From contig CM119372.1 of assembly GCA_051294905.1 (NCBI GenBank), forward strand, positions 32,986,001 to 33,050,000: a stretch of DNA of 64,000 nucleotides. The letters are read 5' to 3'. This DNA is from Botryllus schlosseri. Taxonomy: Eukaryota. This document shows, piece after piece, positions 1-11,871 of this stretch. Below the pieces are notes generated by a model. That model saw only the letters and a list, made by a program, of their open reading frames with translations. It ran no database searches and was not told where the DNA came from. Made by a program: the position numbers and the translations under genes. The first letter of the stretch is position 1. Each line of letters starts with the position of its first letter.

Positions 1-3000
1 CCGCAACAACACAACAAGTATTATTTTGTATCGGGTGTTTGTGCTTTAGGAATAGCGAAGTGTGTGATATTTTGGATATCTGTGTTTGGCTGAAACTAGG
101 GTTGTCCTTGGGTCTTGTATTGGGTAAATCAGAACTATGTCTAGAATTCAAACACATCCAAGTAAGTTCTTTAGCGACTATGATTACATCTACTTTGACG
201 AGAGGAAATGGAAAAATTCAAATGGATACTACTGACGAACACAAAGTACAAAATGGTTTTATCAGATTTAGGTGTAGGATATCTTTTCGATTTCTTTACC
301 AGAGTGTGTTTTACAAATAATTCCAGTACACCTAACTATAGGATACATTTGGCAAACATCGTGTAAATTGTTTCTTTGTGATGGTAACGACTTTCGGCGG
401 CTTAGTTTCATGTCGGGAATTATTATTTGAGGGTTCAAAAACAATCAATACTACAAATGAACAACAATACAAAACACGTTTAGCGAATTATATTGTAGCA
501 AGTACTTTTTCGATATTACGAGTGTTGGGCACTAGACACTTCTAGTTGAATTGGATGCATCTAACAAACATATCACAATTTACTTTTGCAATAATCAAAG
601 TCTTTAAGTGTATAACCTCGCGATATTTCACATTTAGCGCGCACAACGGGGAGTTACTGAAATGATTAAGAATTGATCGCTAGCTTCGAACGGTACTCGA
701 TACTCAAAGTGATATTTTCACACTCTGTAAAGTGCATATGTTTCAATTCTCTGTCACAAATTCCGACCATAAATCGTTGGATTCAATAGTAACGATATTT
801 TGATATACTGATTCTACACTTAGTCGTTTCAATTACCCGTTGGGAATCGGGATAATAAAGCATTTTGTATCGAATGTTCAATGTATGAATACTGGAATTA
901 TTACATCTTTAGTGCTGTTTATCGCAAACGATAGATTTTAATAATTGTACTGATTGTTGAATGTAATAATACCGATATTGTCGTTTCATCTTTAGTCTTG
1001 GTTACTGGAAATATTTTCTGATATCCGCGATACGCAGAGTGATTTTTACCAAGGTGGAGTAATTTTCCTATCAAGAACATTTCAGACACACATAGTTTTA
1101 CAGCTTAATATGTTAATAACATTGGTACTGAAAAGTTTGTTGCTGTCATAACATTTACCACAACGCCGGGTCTAATTAACGCGAATAATTTAATAATAAA
1201 GTAATGATCAACTATTACAAAATCTCATATGTCAAATCAATGTGTCAATCCTTATGTTCACAGCATGATAACTTTGAATATAACACCATCGTTCGATTGT
1301 AAGAAATGAATTCTCAACTACGTTGGTCGGACTTTCAAATCTCGTATACTCAAACATATTATGTTAATCTCAAGTCGCCGACCCTGAGAAGTAATTACTT
1401 TTGTCTTGCAGAATATACCGCGTAGTAATTCATCTATCTTACAGAATAGTAACGACTTTTCAAGTTGAATAAAAAAAGGTGTGTAGGGATATGAATACAA
1501 CCAAGCTTGTTATGGATTTTAGGTTTTAGTGATTGTGTGGATTCGTGTATGTTTGGCTGTTTTTCATACTGATACTGTTTGAGTTGGTCGGGTAAGTTAC
1601 AAACGGATTTACTTGACAATGTTTTCGTGGTTGACTCTTTGAATATGGTAAGATGGTGAGATGTCGAGACGTAATACTATTACAACAAAACATAACCCGC
1701 ATTCAAATAAGCCGTAAGCTACAAGTGGATTTAAAACTTGATGCTGTTTTGTGGTTAACTCAAGTCAGTGGTTATGTTTGCGTTGATTTCAGGAATGATC
1801 ATGACGAGTTGGTCGGGTAAATTAGGTAATACGGTAGTAACTATGACCTTACCGAGTTGCTGACATTCCAATATCTTTTCGCTGTGATATACGGATTTAA
1901 TTGTGATAAATTATTTCTCAGTTATTGTTCAGACATTCAAATCTCGTATACTCAAAATATAATATGTTCAAGTAAAATCGTATATGCACCGATTAGTAAA
2001 TACTTTCTCTTCAGAATAGTAACGACCTTTACAATCGAATAAAAAAAGACCGATCATACGAGTACAACCAAGATGAATTTATTCAAATTTATGAGTTGTA
2101 GTGATATAATCAAGTAAGTGAAAACTAGATTTTTAACAATTGTTAATGTTGTGAATAATTCTTTTGAGTATGGTAAGATGTTGAAATATCTCTTTGACAA
2201 ACGGAAAGCAGGATCGTGAATAGAGTTGTAAGTTTCAAAGTATGATCTTGAAATGTGACTGGATCAAAGTTGGTAGTCATGTTTGTCAATATATTTCAAT
2301 TCAGATTATGTCAAAGTCCAAATATGTCATTTTGGATTATCTGGATTTACCTTTAGTACATCCCGCGAATGGATTCCGACACCGCGGTATAACATTTTTG
2401 ATAATAAGGACTCGAGGCTTTTCATGATAGAGTTGACGAGTGATAAGATGTGTGTTTTTGTTAAGAGTTTGATTTCGTGTTGATAAAGACAATAACTGTA
2501 TAATGCACATACTTGTGATTCTTGATTCTTGTAGAATTATAGTTGGTATTGATTCTATAAGTGTGAAAACAGCAGCGTGGAATGTGCGAATAATTCAATG
2601 TGGCTGATAGTCGGCGTCAGTAATATTCGGGTTATGGTCGAATCAAAAGATCACGAAAAGATTTCTCAAAATAATTAGAATTGTACCGAATTAACACATT
2701 CAGATACGAATCAACTTGAGCTGTGTAGTAAGTTTCATTTCAAGTTGACAAATTGACACATTACTTGTATTTTTGCATGATTCTTATCATACAACTAAAG
2801 TCAACCGCGTTCCGCAGTGTCAAACATATAGCGACCACCAGAAAGTGTCAAATTGTTGGTTTACGAATCACCGTCTGCGCCGGCTCTGTGACAAACTTAC
2901 TGCGGAAATATTACCTTGTGAGCGATCGGTATGTCTGTAACACCAAGTCGCTAAAGATGGTTATGTTCGAGACATTATCTTGTCAGCGATCGCAGGGTTT

Positions 3001-3832
3001 TACAAATATTTCACACCTTTTTGAATAAGCGTCAACTTCACAGAGGATTAGGGTTGGGTCAGAAATAAGTGAAAATTTGTCGGTATTCGAATCACCGGCT
3101 ACGCCGGCTCTGTGGTAAACTAATTACTAAAGTAACACCATGCGACTGATTCCTAGATTTAGCGAACTATTTCACACTGACTGATCTAGTGTAATAATCG
3201 ATAGTAGCACACGACTGCACGGAAACAATTCAGCGCGCAGGTCATTCGAAATATAGGTCGCACGCACTGCTTAATCCTCTTGCAAGCCAAGTTTCCGTTT
3301 GTGCGGTTATTGTTGGTGACTATTCAACACCGCACGAGAGATGCCTGAAAGTACGATTCACGACCGCACCCATAAGAACACATGGCGACTCATCACTGAG
3401 CCCGTAAGAATACATGACAGACACATTTATCGTCGTTAGCATGTCGCCGCACCCATAAGACACAGTGGCACCATGCGACCGCAGCCTATAGTTATAAGGG
3501 TCACCATGCCACCACGAGTTTCACGGTACCATACCGCCGCAGCCTATACCCGAAAAGGTAACCATGCCACCCCCGCCATAAGACACAATGGCACCATGCC
3601 ACCCCCGCCATAAGACGAAATAGCCGCATGCCACCCCCGGTTTCTCGGCACCATGCCGCCGCAGCCTATACCCGAAAAGGTAACCATGCCACCCCCGCCA
3701 TAAGACACAATGGCACCATGCCACCCCCGCCATAAGACATAAGGGTCACCATGCCACCCCCGGTTTCACGGCACCATGCCACCCCGCCCATAAGAAACCC
3801 ATTGCGTCATGCGAGCGATCGACTATACTACT
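1..3832. mobile_element. End of a large element with an ACTACT-3' terminus and a subterminal GC-rich minisatellite; possible Polinton/Maverick end
   Basis: 2450-3832 is homologous in reverse complement to 59315-61009 plus 63687-64000. Both copies stop at the same AGTAGT terminus. No Polinton core gene is recognisable in the window. Confidence 0.5.
3360..3800. repeat. Subterminal minisatellite of about 32-bp units (GCCACCCCCGCCATAAGACACAATGGCACCAT-like) with higher-order repeats
   Basis: Repeated units are directly visible; an inverted relative lies at 59340-60435. Confidence 0.9.
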
Positions 3833-6800
3833 TGCGATGGAGACTTCGGTCAAACGGGGAGCGAGAAATTTTTCTACTTCTAAACGACTATTTAGAGGCA
3901 CTGGATCTGACGTGATTAGGTCCGATTCATTTGTAGTTTGGATGATTGAAACTCCACGAAACGACTTTGAAGGAGGTTGGAGATATTTTCCGACGGAAAT
4001 ATTTGGTGGGTAGTGTCTTCTTCGTTTTTTCCATATTTCTACCTCCTCCGCATTGCTCTCTGATGGAATTCTACGAATTTTTGGATTTTTTTTTGCTTCT
4101 TGAAGGTATCATATAATTGTCGTGAAATTCACGAATCAGACCAAGGTGAAGATTATCATAAAGTATCGCCAATTCATCCAACCTAGAAACTCTACGACCC
4201 TCTAACCTTGTGCTTTTCAATTCTTGGTTAGATTTTTCCATGATCCCGTTTGTACGGCAATTGCTAGTCAAATTTTGAAATTTTGATCGTTTCAATGACA
4301 TAAAAAAACGTATTATAGTTCTCGTAGGCTTCACTAGTGCCAAAACGCGACAAATTGCCCGATAGCAGACTGGTGAAGAGGGGAATTCTTGGAAGAAAAT
4401 TCTTCGTGAAGCTATCAAACATTTCAGGGCAGAAGAACCGGTTTTCTCCATGTTTTGCTGCAGCGTCTACTTCGCTCATTGCGGATGCAATTGTGTGGTT
4501 TAATTCCACGATGAACGGATCTTGATCATTGATTGCCGCGGAGTTGATTGTAAAGTCGTTCGATGTTTCGTCGTCATCGTCGTCTTGACTTTCCTCAATA
4601 CTGGATACCATTTCATTTAATCCGATGTCACTCTCGATGACTTGACTGAAGAAATAGTGCGATCGTTGTGACAACGTCTCATTGGAAGAATTCAGAAGGA
4701 TCGTCAAGTGGTGAATTTGGAGCTTGATGAATTTCCAATTTGATGACCTCACCAACAAGCCGAATATAAACATCATTTCACTGTACCTGCGGGAGTTCTT
4801 TTTGCACAAGGTTTTAAAATTCTTCATGATGTGACTAGCACATAACCGTAGGAATGGCTTGTTCAAGTCACAAAATGAGGCATTTCCTGAAATGACGCGA
4901 TGGCACCGAGCGATGTATACTGGTACCTGCTCTTCCATGAATACGTGAAGTATTGATTTTATTAGGACAATGCTTCCGTCGCAAATGAAAAGTCTAGCCG
5001 GCTTTTTATTGGTATTACTTCTATTTGCATCACGACTGAAATAGAGCAGAAATGTCTCGATCTCAGCGACGTTGTGTCGACTGGTGAGGAATGAGGCCAA
5101 TGCTATCGGAGCCTTCCTAGAGACAGGGTGTCTCGCTATACATGTAGTATGTTCCATCTGCTCCACGGAGGATACTACCAGTTGCATCTATATAAATAAC
5201 GTCGATTCGCGATAAGTGGTGGAAAATGCGTATGGTTTCTGAGGACCAAAACATAATACCGGGTGGCTCAAAGTTCACCCGCTGCAGCGTTCCACGCACG
5301 AATCTTTTGTCTTTATCTTTACAGCGCTGTCGATCAATTATGAGGCGCAAAGATTTCCAGAGATCCTTGTGGGGAACGGGTATACGGTTAGCCTCTTGGC
5401 TGACTTTGTTCAAAACAGATTGTGAAGGAGTAAAGTCTCGATTTCCAGAAGACCAAACGTCCTGTGGTAAATTACTCAAACACCTGATTGCTGTAATTCG
5501 AGGTTTGTTGTTCTTCATGATTTTTCTAAATTTAGCCCTTCGCTGCCCGGAAAGTTTGGTCGATTTCAATCCCATGTGACGCATATCCCCGGAGAAATTT
5601 GCACACATCACTCTGGGTCTAGTTCGATGGCAAGACACCTTTACTATGCAGCTGCAAGTTTTGAATGTGCATCGTCCGTAACACACGAAAACTGTTTTTG
5701 ATTTTAACCCATTGAAGTTATGGCCTTTGAATGCAAAACTGCAGTAAGGATTGAATTTTTTCAATCCCTTCCGAATGACGTCCGTCCAACCAACCATTAA
5801 ATTGCACAGTTCGTTCTCGAACTGAGTTAACAATCCGAGACCAATTATGCATGATAACACGAAAATTACCGTTTTCCGGTCTTTTTGTAGGTCTCCAGAC
5901 GCGTTCATCCGGTAACGAATGCGGTGCTGTCTCCGTGCAGCCAGGGGACAGATCGCAGGAAGGCTGGCAAGCTTCTGAAGAGGCGTGCTGATGTGAATCT
6001 TCCACCTCTGAGACTGCATCACAGGAAGAGCTTTGAGACACCGAATCACAGAACGGTAGTTCTTCATGGGAGGGACTGTGACTCGCCAAACTTTCCTGAG
6101 GCTCGACACCATCAGACGAGGTGTCATCGAAATTCAAATTTTTTAGTGGCTGTTTCGACAAGCAAACACCATTTACGAACTGTTGATTCGATTCCACAGC
6201 TTGACACGATGAAGAATTCGATTTCTCAGATGTGTGGTTGTAACCGGGGTTGAGATATGCATGGGATATTGATGCGTCTCCGTTCAAGCACGCTTCGTAT
6301 GACGGGACATCATCAGGGGGAGGATGCTTGGCCTCAGACTGTATAGCGGCCCGTTCCAACTGGTCCGATAAGTGGTTGAAACCAGGAATAACATCTTCTT
6401 TGAGAATTGATCCTTCTCCGTTCAAGCACGCTTCGTATGACGGGACATCATCAGGGGGAGGATGCTTGGCCTCAGACTGTATAGCGGCCCGTTCCAACTG
6501 GTCCGATAAGTGGTTGAAACCAGGAATAACATCTTCTTTGAGAATTGATCCTTCTCCGTGCAAGCACGCTTCGTATGACTGGACATCATCAGGGGGAGGA
6601 TGCTTGGCCTCGGATTGTATAGCGGCCCGTTCCAACTGCTCCGATAAGTGGTTAAAATCAGGATTAAAATATTCTTTGGCAATTAATCCTTCTCCGTTCA
6701 CGTACACTTCGTATGACGGGACATCATCAGGAGGAGGATCCTGGGCCTCAGACAGCATAGCCGCTCTTTTCGATAATATAGCAACTTTGTGCCTAGCATA

Positions 6801-6977
6801 TCGGCTTCGTAGCAGCTTGATGTACCGTTTCAAATTGTCGTTACCGCGACGACATTTTCCAATGAAATTTTGCGCTACGAGTTTCCACGTAGGTGTGACC
6901 CCGATGTCTGCTATGCAGAAATCAACCAAAGCAGCAGCTATCTGGTCATCCGTCACAAACGTGTTGCGTGATGCCAT
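3833..6977 (-). pseudogene. Frameshifted Mutator-like (NOF/Foldback-type) DDE transposase
   Basis: Overlapping ORFs 5718-6977, 5117-6127, 4264-5187 and 4071-4451 join into one protein with YIDATGS, FICDGS, LCASH (CxxH) and RTNGIMEK motifs. At least four frameshifts. The reading frame is cut at 3833 by the AGTAGT element. Confidence 0.75.
6275..6752 (-). repeat. In-frame 138-bp (46-aa) tandem repeat, about 3.5 copies, in the transposase N-terminal region
   Basis: The GAC(G/T)GGACATCATCAGG motif recurs at 6301, 6439, 6577 and 6715; peptide EAKHPPPDDVPSYEACLNGEG... Confidence 0.95.
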
Positions 6978-7253
6978 AATTTTGAAAACACGTTATAATA
7001 AGCAGATTGCATAAAGGACGTTTTTGTAGCGCAGTCGCAGTAAGCAATGAATGACTATTTGTAAAAATCGAAAGTTTTTATACTGAATGCCACCCAATGT
7101 CCGTCTCTGTGCAACTACTCGCGTCAGTTGAATTGTCTCATTTTATGTGTATTCGACATGACTGGCGCCAGCTGCGCGCAGAATCCACCTGCAGCATGAC
7201 TCTCTGGGCGTGTTCTGCAGGTGCGATAGGGCTTTGAAAAGCCGCGGTGCATC

Positions 7254-7310
7254 TGTTGTTGTTGTTGTTGTTCTTGTTATTCTGGTTTGTTGTTGATGCT
7301 GTTGTTGCTT
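7254..7310. repeat. Imperfect (TGT)n/(AAC)n microsatellite, possibly the tail of a minus-strand SINE
   Basis: TGTTGTTGT runs; a reverse B-box-like GGACTCGAACTC lies near 7513. Confidence 0.6.
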
Positions 7311-7696
7311 GTCCTTGGTATTCATGGTGTTTGTCGACCACAATGATGATATATACTAGGCCGATATGCTTTATTTTGTTTCCGTAGCTTCCGACCTGTA
7401 GCACGGGCCACTGCTAGGCTTTTTAAGACACCGCGTACGCCAATGAGATGGTGAGAAGGATCCTAGATAAACATCCAATAAATCGGTAGGAATTCTGGAG
7501 TCAACTTCGGTCGGACTCGAACTCGCACCTCATTGGTGCCACATAATGTACGTTTGTAACCAAGTCACAAGTCAATCTAACTTCAATAGTTTTACCCAGA
7601 GTCATATTCAATTCACGACGAAGTCAAGTGCTTGCCTACGTCAAACAATTACGAGGGCTACTTGGATATCGCAATTTCTCATGGTACCTACATTGA

Positions 7697-8730
7697 AATC
7701 TCTGAAAATTGGTGTGATGCTAGGCTTGACTGTAAGTTATACGTATTTGAAAGCCATTCCTTGACACAGTGAATAGATTGAAAAATTTAGAATATTTTTC
7801 GTGAATAAATTTGAATTTCAATGACTGTGCAGCCGAGCGTATCGGGCCCGTTGGACACCTTGCGCCACTTGGATGTCTCTGAAAATTGGTGTGATGCTAG
7901 GCTTAACTAAAGGCTATACGTATTTGAAAGCCATTCCTTGACACAGTGAATAGATTGAAAAATTTAGAATATTTTTCGTGAATAAATTTGAATTTCAATG
8001 ACTGTGCAGCCGAGCGTATCGGGCCCGTTGGACACCTTGCGCCACTTAGATATCTCTGAAAATTGGTGTGATGCTAGGCTTAACTAAAGGCTATACGTAT
8101 TTGAAAGCCATTCCTTGACACAGGTTATAGTTTGAAAATTTTCGAATACTTTTCGTGAATAAATTTGAATTTCAATGACCGTGCAGCCGAGCGTATCGGG
8201 CCCGTTGGACACCTTGCGCCACTTGGATATCTCTGAAAATTGGTGTGATGCTAGGCTTGACTGTAAGCTATACGTATTTGAAAGCCATTCCTTGACACAG
8301 TGAATAGATTGAAAAATTTAGAATATTTTTCGTGAATAAATTTGAATTTCAATGACTGTGCAGCCGAGCGTATCGGGCCCGTTGGACACCTTGCGCCACT
8401 TGGATATCTCTGAAAATTGGTGTGATGCTAGGCTTAACTAAAGGCTATACGTATTTGAAAGCCATTCCTTGACACAGGTTATAGTTTGAAAATTCTCGAA
8501 TACTTTTCGTGAATAAATTTGAATTTCAATGACCGTGCAGCCGAGCGTATCGGGCCCGTTGGACACCTTGCGCCACTTGGATATCTCTGAAAATTGGTGT
8601 GATGCTAGGCTTAACTAAAGGCTATACGTATTTGAAAGCCATTCCTTGACACAGTGAATAGATTGAAAAATTTAGAATATTTTTCGTGAATAACTTTTAA
8701 TGTTCTTGACTGTATAGTTGAGCGTATCGT
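7697..8730. repeat. 177-bp tandem array, about 5.7 copies
   Basis: CTCTGAAAATTGGTGTG at 7700, 7877, 8054, 8231, 8408 and 8585. Confidence 0.97.
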
Positions 8731-9897
8731 ATAGTTTTGAGATTTCTTCAAGATGAGTTGCACACACTTGTTTACAGTTTAGCAACATATAGGACTGTCC
8801 TATTACTTTCTAAAATAACTGTTTGATCAAGAGAGACATCAAGATTTTGAGGTACGGTGTTTCAGGTGTCGGAACACTATTTGTTTTGTCCAATCCAGAT
8901 TTTGTTGTCTAGAAATGCATTTTTCGATATTTTGTTTGCAGCAGAGCGACAACTATCAGCTGTGAAGATTTCGCGACGGCGATAGTGTTTCGCGAGATAG
9001 CTCTGTTCAGGTGCCAGTCGAGCTTATATTCTTTGTTAGTTGTTTCACAAATGACGTGATGCGATGAAATCAGCTGGTAATTTGTATGCTGATTGATTTA
9101 TAATTACTTTAATTCGTATTTCAACGCGGCCAACGTCGAAACATCATATGTGGCCGATTGCTGCCACGCGCCATGGCCGGAAGAGTGATCCTGGTGATAC
9201 ATTCGATACCTGCGTTGTTGTACATAGTAGTTCTGAAATTTTTTCTTGATGGCTAGAATTTGATGGCCAACTTCCCCCCCGGTCCTGTATAAGTATGAGG
9301 CAAGGGATTTCGATGACCGAATATAATAATAGCGCAAGTAGGTGTAACTTGGCATCGGCATACCTCGCGTCAGCAACGATAGGTCGTTGATGTTTCAGTA
9401 AACGTGGTATTTCAGCTACACTAGGCCGATACCAGTATGGAATCGGTGCCCTGTGCCCACACTGCGTTTTTTTTATTTATTTTTTATTAAATTACGTTAA
9501 CTTGGAAAATCATCGCTGCTCACCTGATATATCAGGCAAAACGTACCGAGATTCCAATGGGGAGCCGATATCCTTCAATGTGATTCTTGAGCTGTCGACT
9601 ACACGACTATGAATCTATGACCCATGTGTAGCGTGCTGCTGGGGTGCTGCATATGTTGATGTTTTATTAACCTAAAAAGGCCATAAGCACAAACATCGTT
9701 TGTGTGAACAATACCATAAACAAAACTTTATGTCGATGTTAGGGGGGCGTTCGGTACCTGAATTATTGCCCAAGGAAGCGTTGTGTAAAAATGTTTTGGA
9801 AACACTGATTAATACATAGCTCGTGATGTTCTGCACAAGGTGTTATCATATATATATATAGCCTACTAGTGACTTGATGTGACGCTTAGGTCGAAGA

Positions 9898-11871
9898 ATG
9901 ACCGACCTCAACTTGAATGAGGCCGCGATTTGTTGTGATTGTATTCTACGCCTCCAACCGTCATCTCTGCGAATCGCCTTCAGCCAATTGTGCGAATATC
10001 TCAACGCAACAGTATGGGCCATCCTCTGCAAGCATTTCCTCCAGATAAAGTTCCTCTGCGATGGCGACATGGAAGCGATATCCCGAGCTTCGCGGCTACA
10101 CAGTGCTTCGCAATCGCAAGAAATGTTACTCCGGCTAGAGAAACGGAAAAATATGACAATCGGGATGTTGTTACGGCATGTGCGATGTGCTTTTGATGAC
10201 TCTCAATTTAAGTGCGTCGTGTCCTTATTCAGTCCGTTGCACACGAAAACGTGCGCCGTCTATTCCCTGACAGCTCAATATTTCGATCCAATCTCGCTGC
10301 AGCCTACACCTGCTACTTCTGCAAATTTGAACCATTTACGACAGTGTAATTCACTACCAGCACCAGTCAGGCAAACACAACATCAGGGTCACGTTCATGG
10401 TAATAGTTACTGCCCAAGCATTGCGCACAATGGCAACGTGTCTTCAAATTTTAATTCATTACAACTCGAAAGCATGAATAACCTTTCCGACCCTTTCAAG
10501 CCGTATTTGGTGATAACACAACACCCCAAAAGCGTATCTCTTCCGGGAGGTGACGATATAATGCTAAAATGCACTGCAGAAAGCGATGCGCCGGTTAAAT
10601 ACTCTTGGAAAAAGAATGGCAAATTATTAACCGGCTGTACCGGGAAGCTGTTGATGATACCCGATGTTCGACATGATGACAGCGGTGTGTATTTGTGTGT
10701 AGCGAAAACGGATACTTTGGAAGTTGTTTCGGACTCCGCCAATGTGACGATTGATGATGCGAACGCCTCCCATGTTGCAATTATGCAAAATTTTGAAACG
10801 CCGGGGTATTTCGCAACAAAAAAGGTGGCTTTACTTATCGCGAACGAACAATACAAGTACAACCCAGTATTGTCGTCAGCATCGAATGATGTTCTAGCCA
10901 TCGCCCGGACTTTGAGAGAGCTCGGGTTCAAAACAATGACTCTCGTCAATCTGAAATTGGATGAAATGGTGACGGCGGTGGAGTTGTTTTGCAAAAGTTT
11001 GATAGACGGGGCCTACTGTGTAACGTACTTGGCCGGTCATGGTTTCGAAAATGACGGCCAAAGCTTCATCGTGCCAGTTAATGCCCCTGTGAATTACACC
11101 ATGGAGCATTGTTTTTCAATTAAACAAATGATCGAAAATATCCAGTCAGCACGAGACTTGAATCTCGCCGTGTTTTTACTTGACGTGTGTCGGAAGAGAT
11201 TGAAACGTAGCGACGGATCTGTGAGACCGATGCCTTCATACAAGAAATCCGGCAATTTCGTGATCAGTTACGCAACAATGGAGCATGGAATGGCGTACGA
11301 AGTTAAAGGGCATGAACTTGGCGTTTACGCTTCAAGTTTAGTGAATCATCTCAAAAAAGACAAACGAGTCACGAGAGTAGTTGAATTGGTACACAGCGAT
11401 ATCTATAGGAATAGTGTTACGAACGGTAACCAGCGGCCTGAATTTAATTCCAATATGTTTGAGGACAGGAAATTAACCGATCCGTTACATTCGCCCTGCG
11501 GACAAAACGAAGAAATTTTGGAAAACAAAAAGTGGAATCTAATTCACGTTGGCCAGAAACCAAATCTTTATATCTTCGAATGCGGAGTCGACGTCGTATT
11601 GCATAAGACTTCTCCGTTTTCAAATCAGTTCCTGCTAGAGGCCGCGTTCGAATCTGGCAACACTCCACCTCTCAACGTTTTCAACGTCTGCATAACTCTA
11701 AAAGGACACAGTAATGCCGCCCGTCAAAAGATATTGATCGAAAACATTCAACGTTTAAGCAACAGAGAAGTGACCATTGAAATACAGTTGCGATCTTCCG
11801 ACGCTAATGTCATCGATCGTTATGAAGACTCGATTTACATTCCGTTTGTGGATTGGTGGAAACAGTCCTGA
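9898..11871 (+). CDS. MALT1: MALT1-like paracaspase (death-domain-like N-terminus, Ig domain, caspase-like C14 domain), single-exon CDS
   Basis: 657-aa ORF. Ig domain (ITQHPKS...LKC...YSWKKNG...DSGVYLC), ATKKVALLIANEQY, catalytic YLAGHG (H381) and LDVCRK (C431). Confidence 0.93.
   Translation: MTDLNLNEAAICCDCILRLQPSSLRIAFSQLCEYLNATVWAILCKHFLQIKFLCDGDMEAISRASRLHSASQSQEMLLRLEKRKNMTIGMLLRHVRCAFDDSQFKCVVSLFSPLHTKTCAVYSLTAQYFDPISLQPTPATSANLNHLRQCNSLPAPVRQTQHQGHVHGNSYCPSIAHNGNVSSNFNSLQLESMNNLSDPFKPYLVITQHPKSVSLPGGDDIMLKCTAESDAPVKYSWKKNGKLLTGCTGKLLMIPDVRHDDSGVYLCVAKTDTLEVVSDSANVTIDDANASHVAIMQNFETPGYFATKKVALLIANEQYKYNPVLSSASNDVLAIARTLRELGFKTMTLVNLKLDEMVTAVELFCKSLIDGAYCVTYLAGHGFENDGQSFIVPVNAPVNYTMEHCFSIKQMIENIQSARDLNLAVFLLDVCRKRLKRSDGSVRPMPSYKKSGNFVISYATMEHGMAYEVKGHELGVYASSLVNHLKKDKRVTRVVELVHSDIYRNSVTNGNQRPEFNSNMFEDRKLTDPLHSPCGQNEEILENKKWNLIHVGQKPNLYIFECGVDVVLHKTSPFSNQFLLEAAFESGNTPPLNVFNVCITLKGHSNAARQKILIENIQRLSNREVTIEIQLRSSDANVIDRYEDSIYIPFVDWWKQS

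Noticed and set aside
3521..3733. Short ORFs in minisatellites and MITE repeats (also 59312-59717, 24086-24487, 55790-56074)
   Set aside because: Open frames arise from stop-free repeat units.
6250..7014. 254-aa plus-strand ORF and similar antisense ORFs (10407-10994, 5226-5579, 46380-46640)
   Set aside because: These are shadows of real coding sequence on the opposite strand.
7697..8730. Regular repeat array as a CRISPR
   Set aside because: Whole 177-bp units repeat with no unique spacers, there are no cas genes, and the context is eukaryotic.
9104..9376. 90-aa minus-strand ORF divergent from MALT1
   Set aside because: No recognisable motif; cannot be supported.
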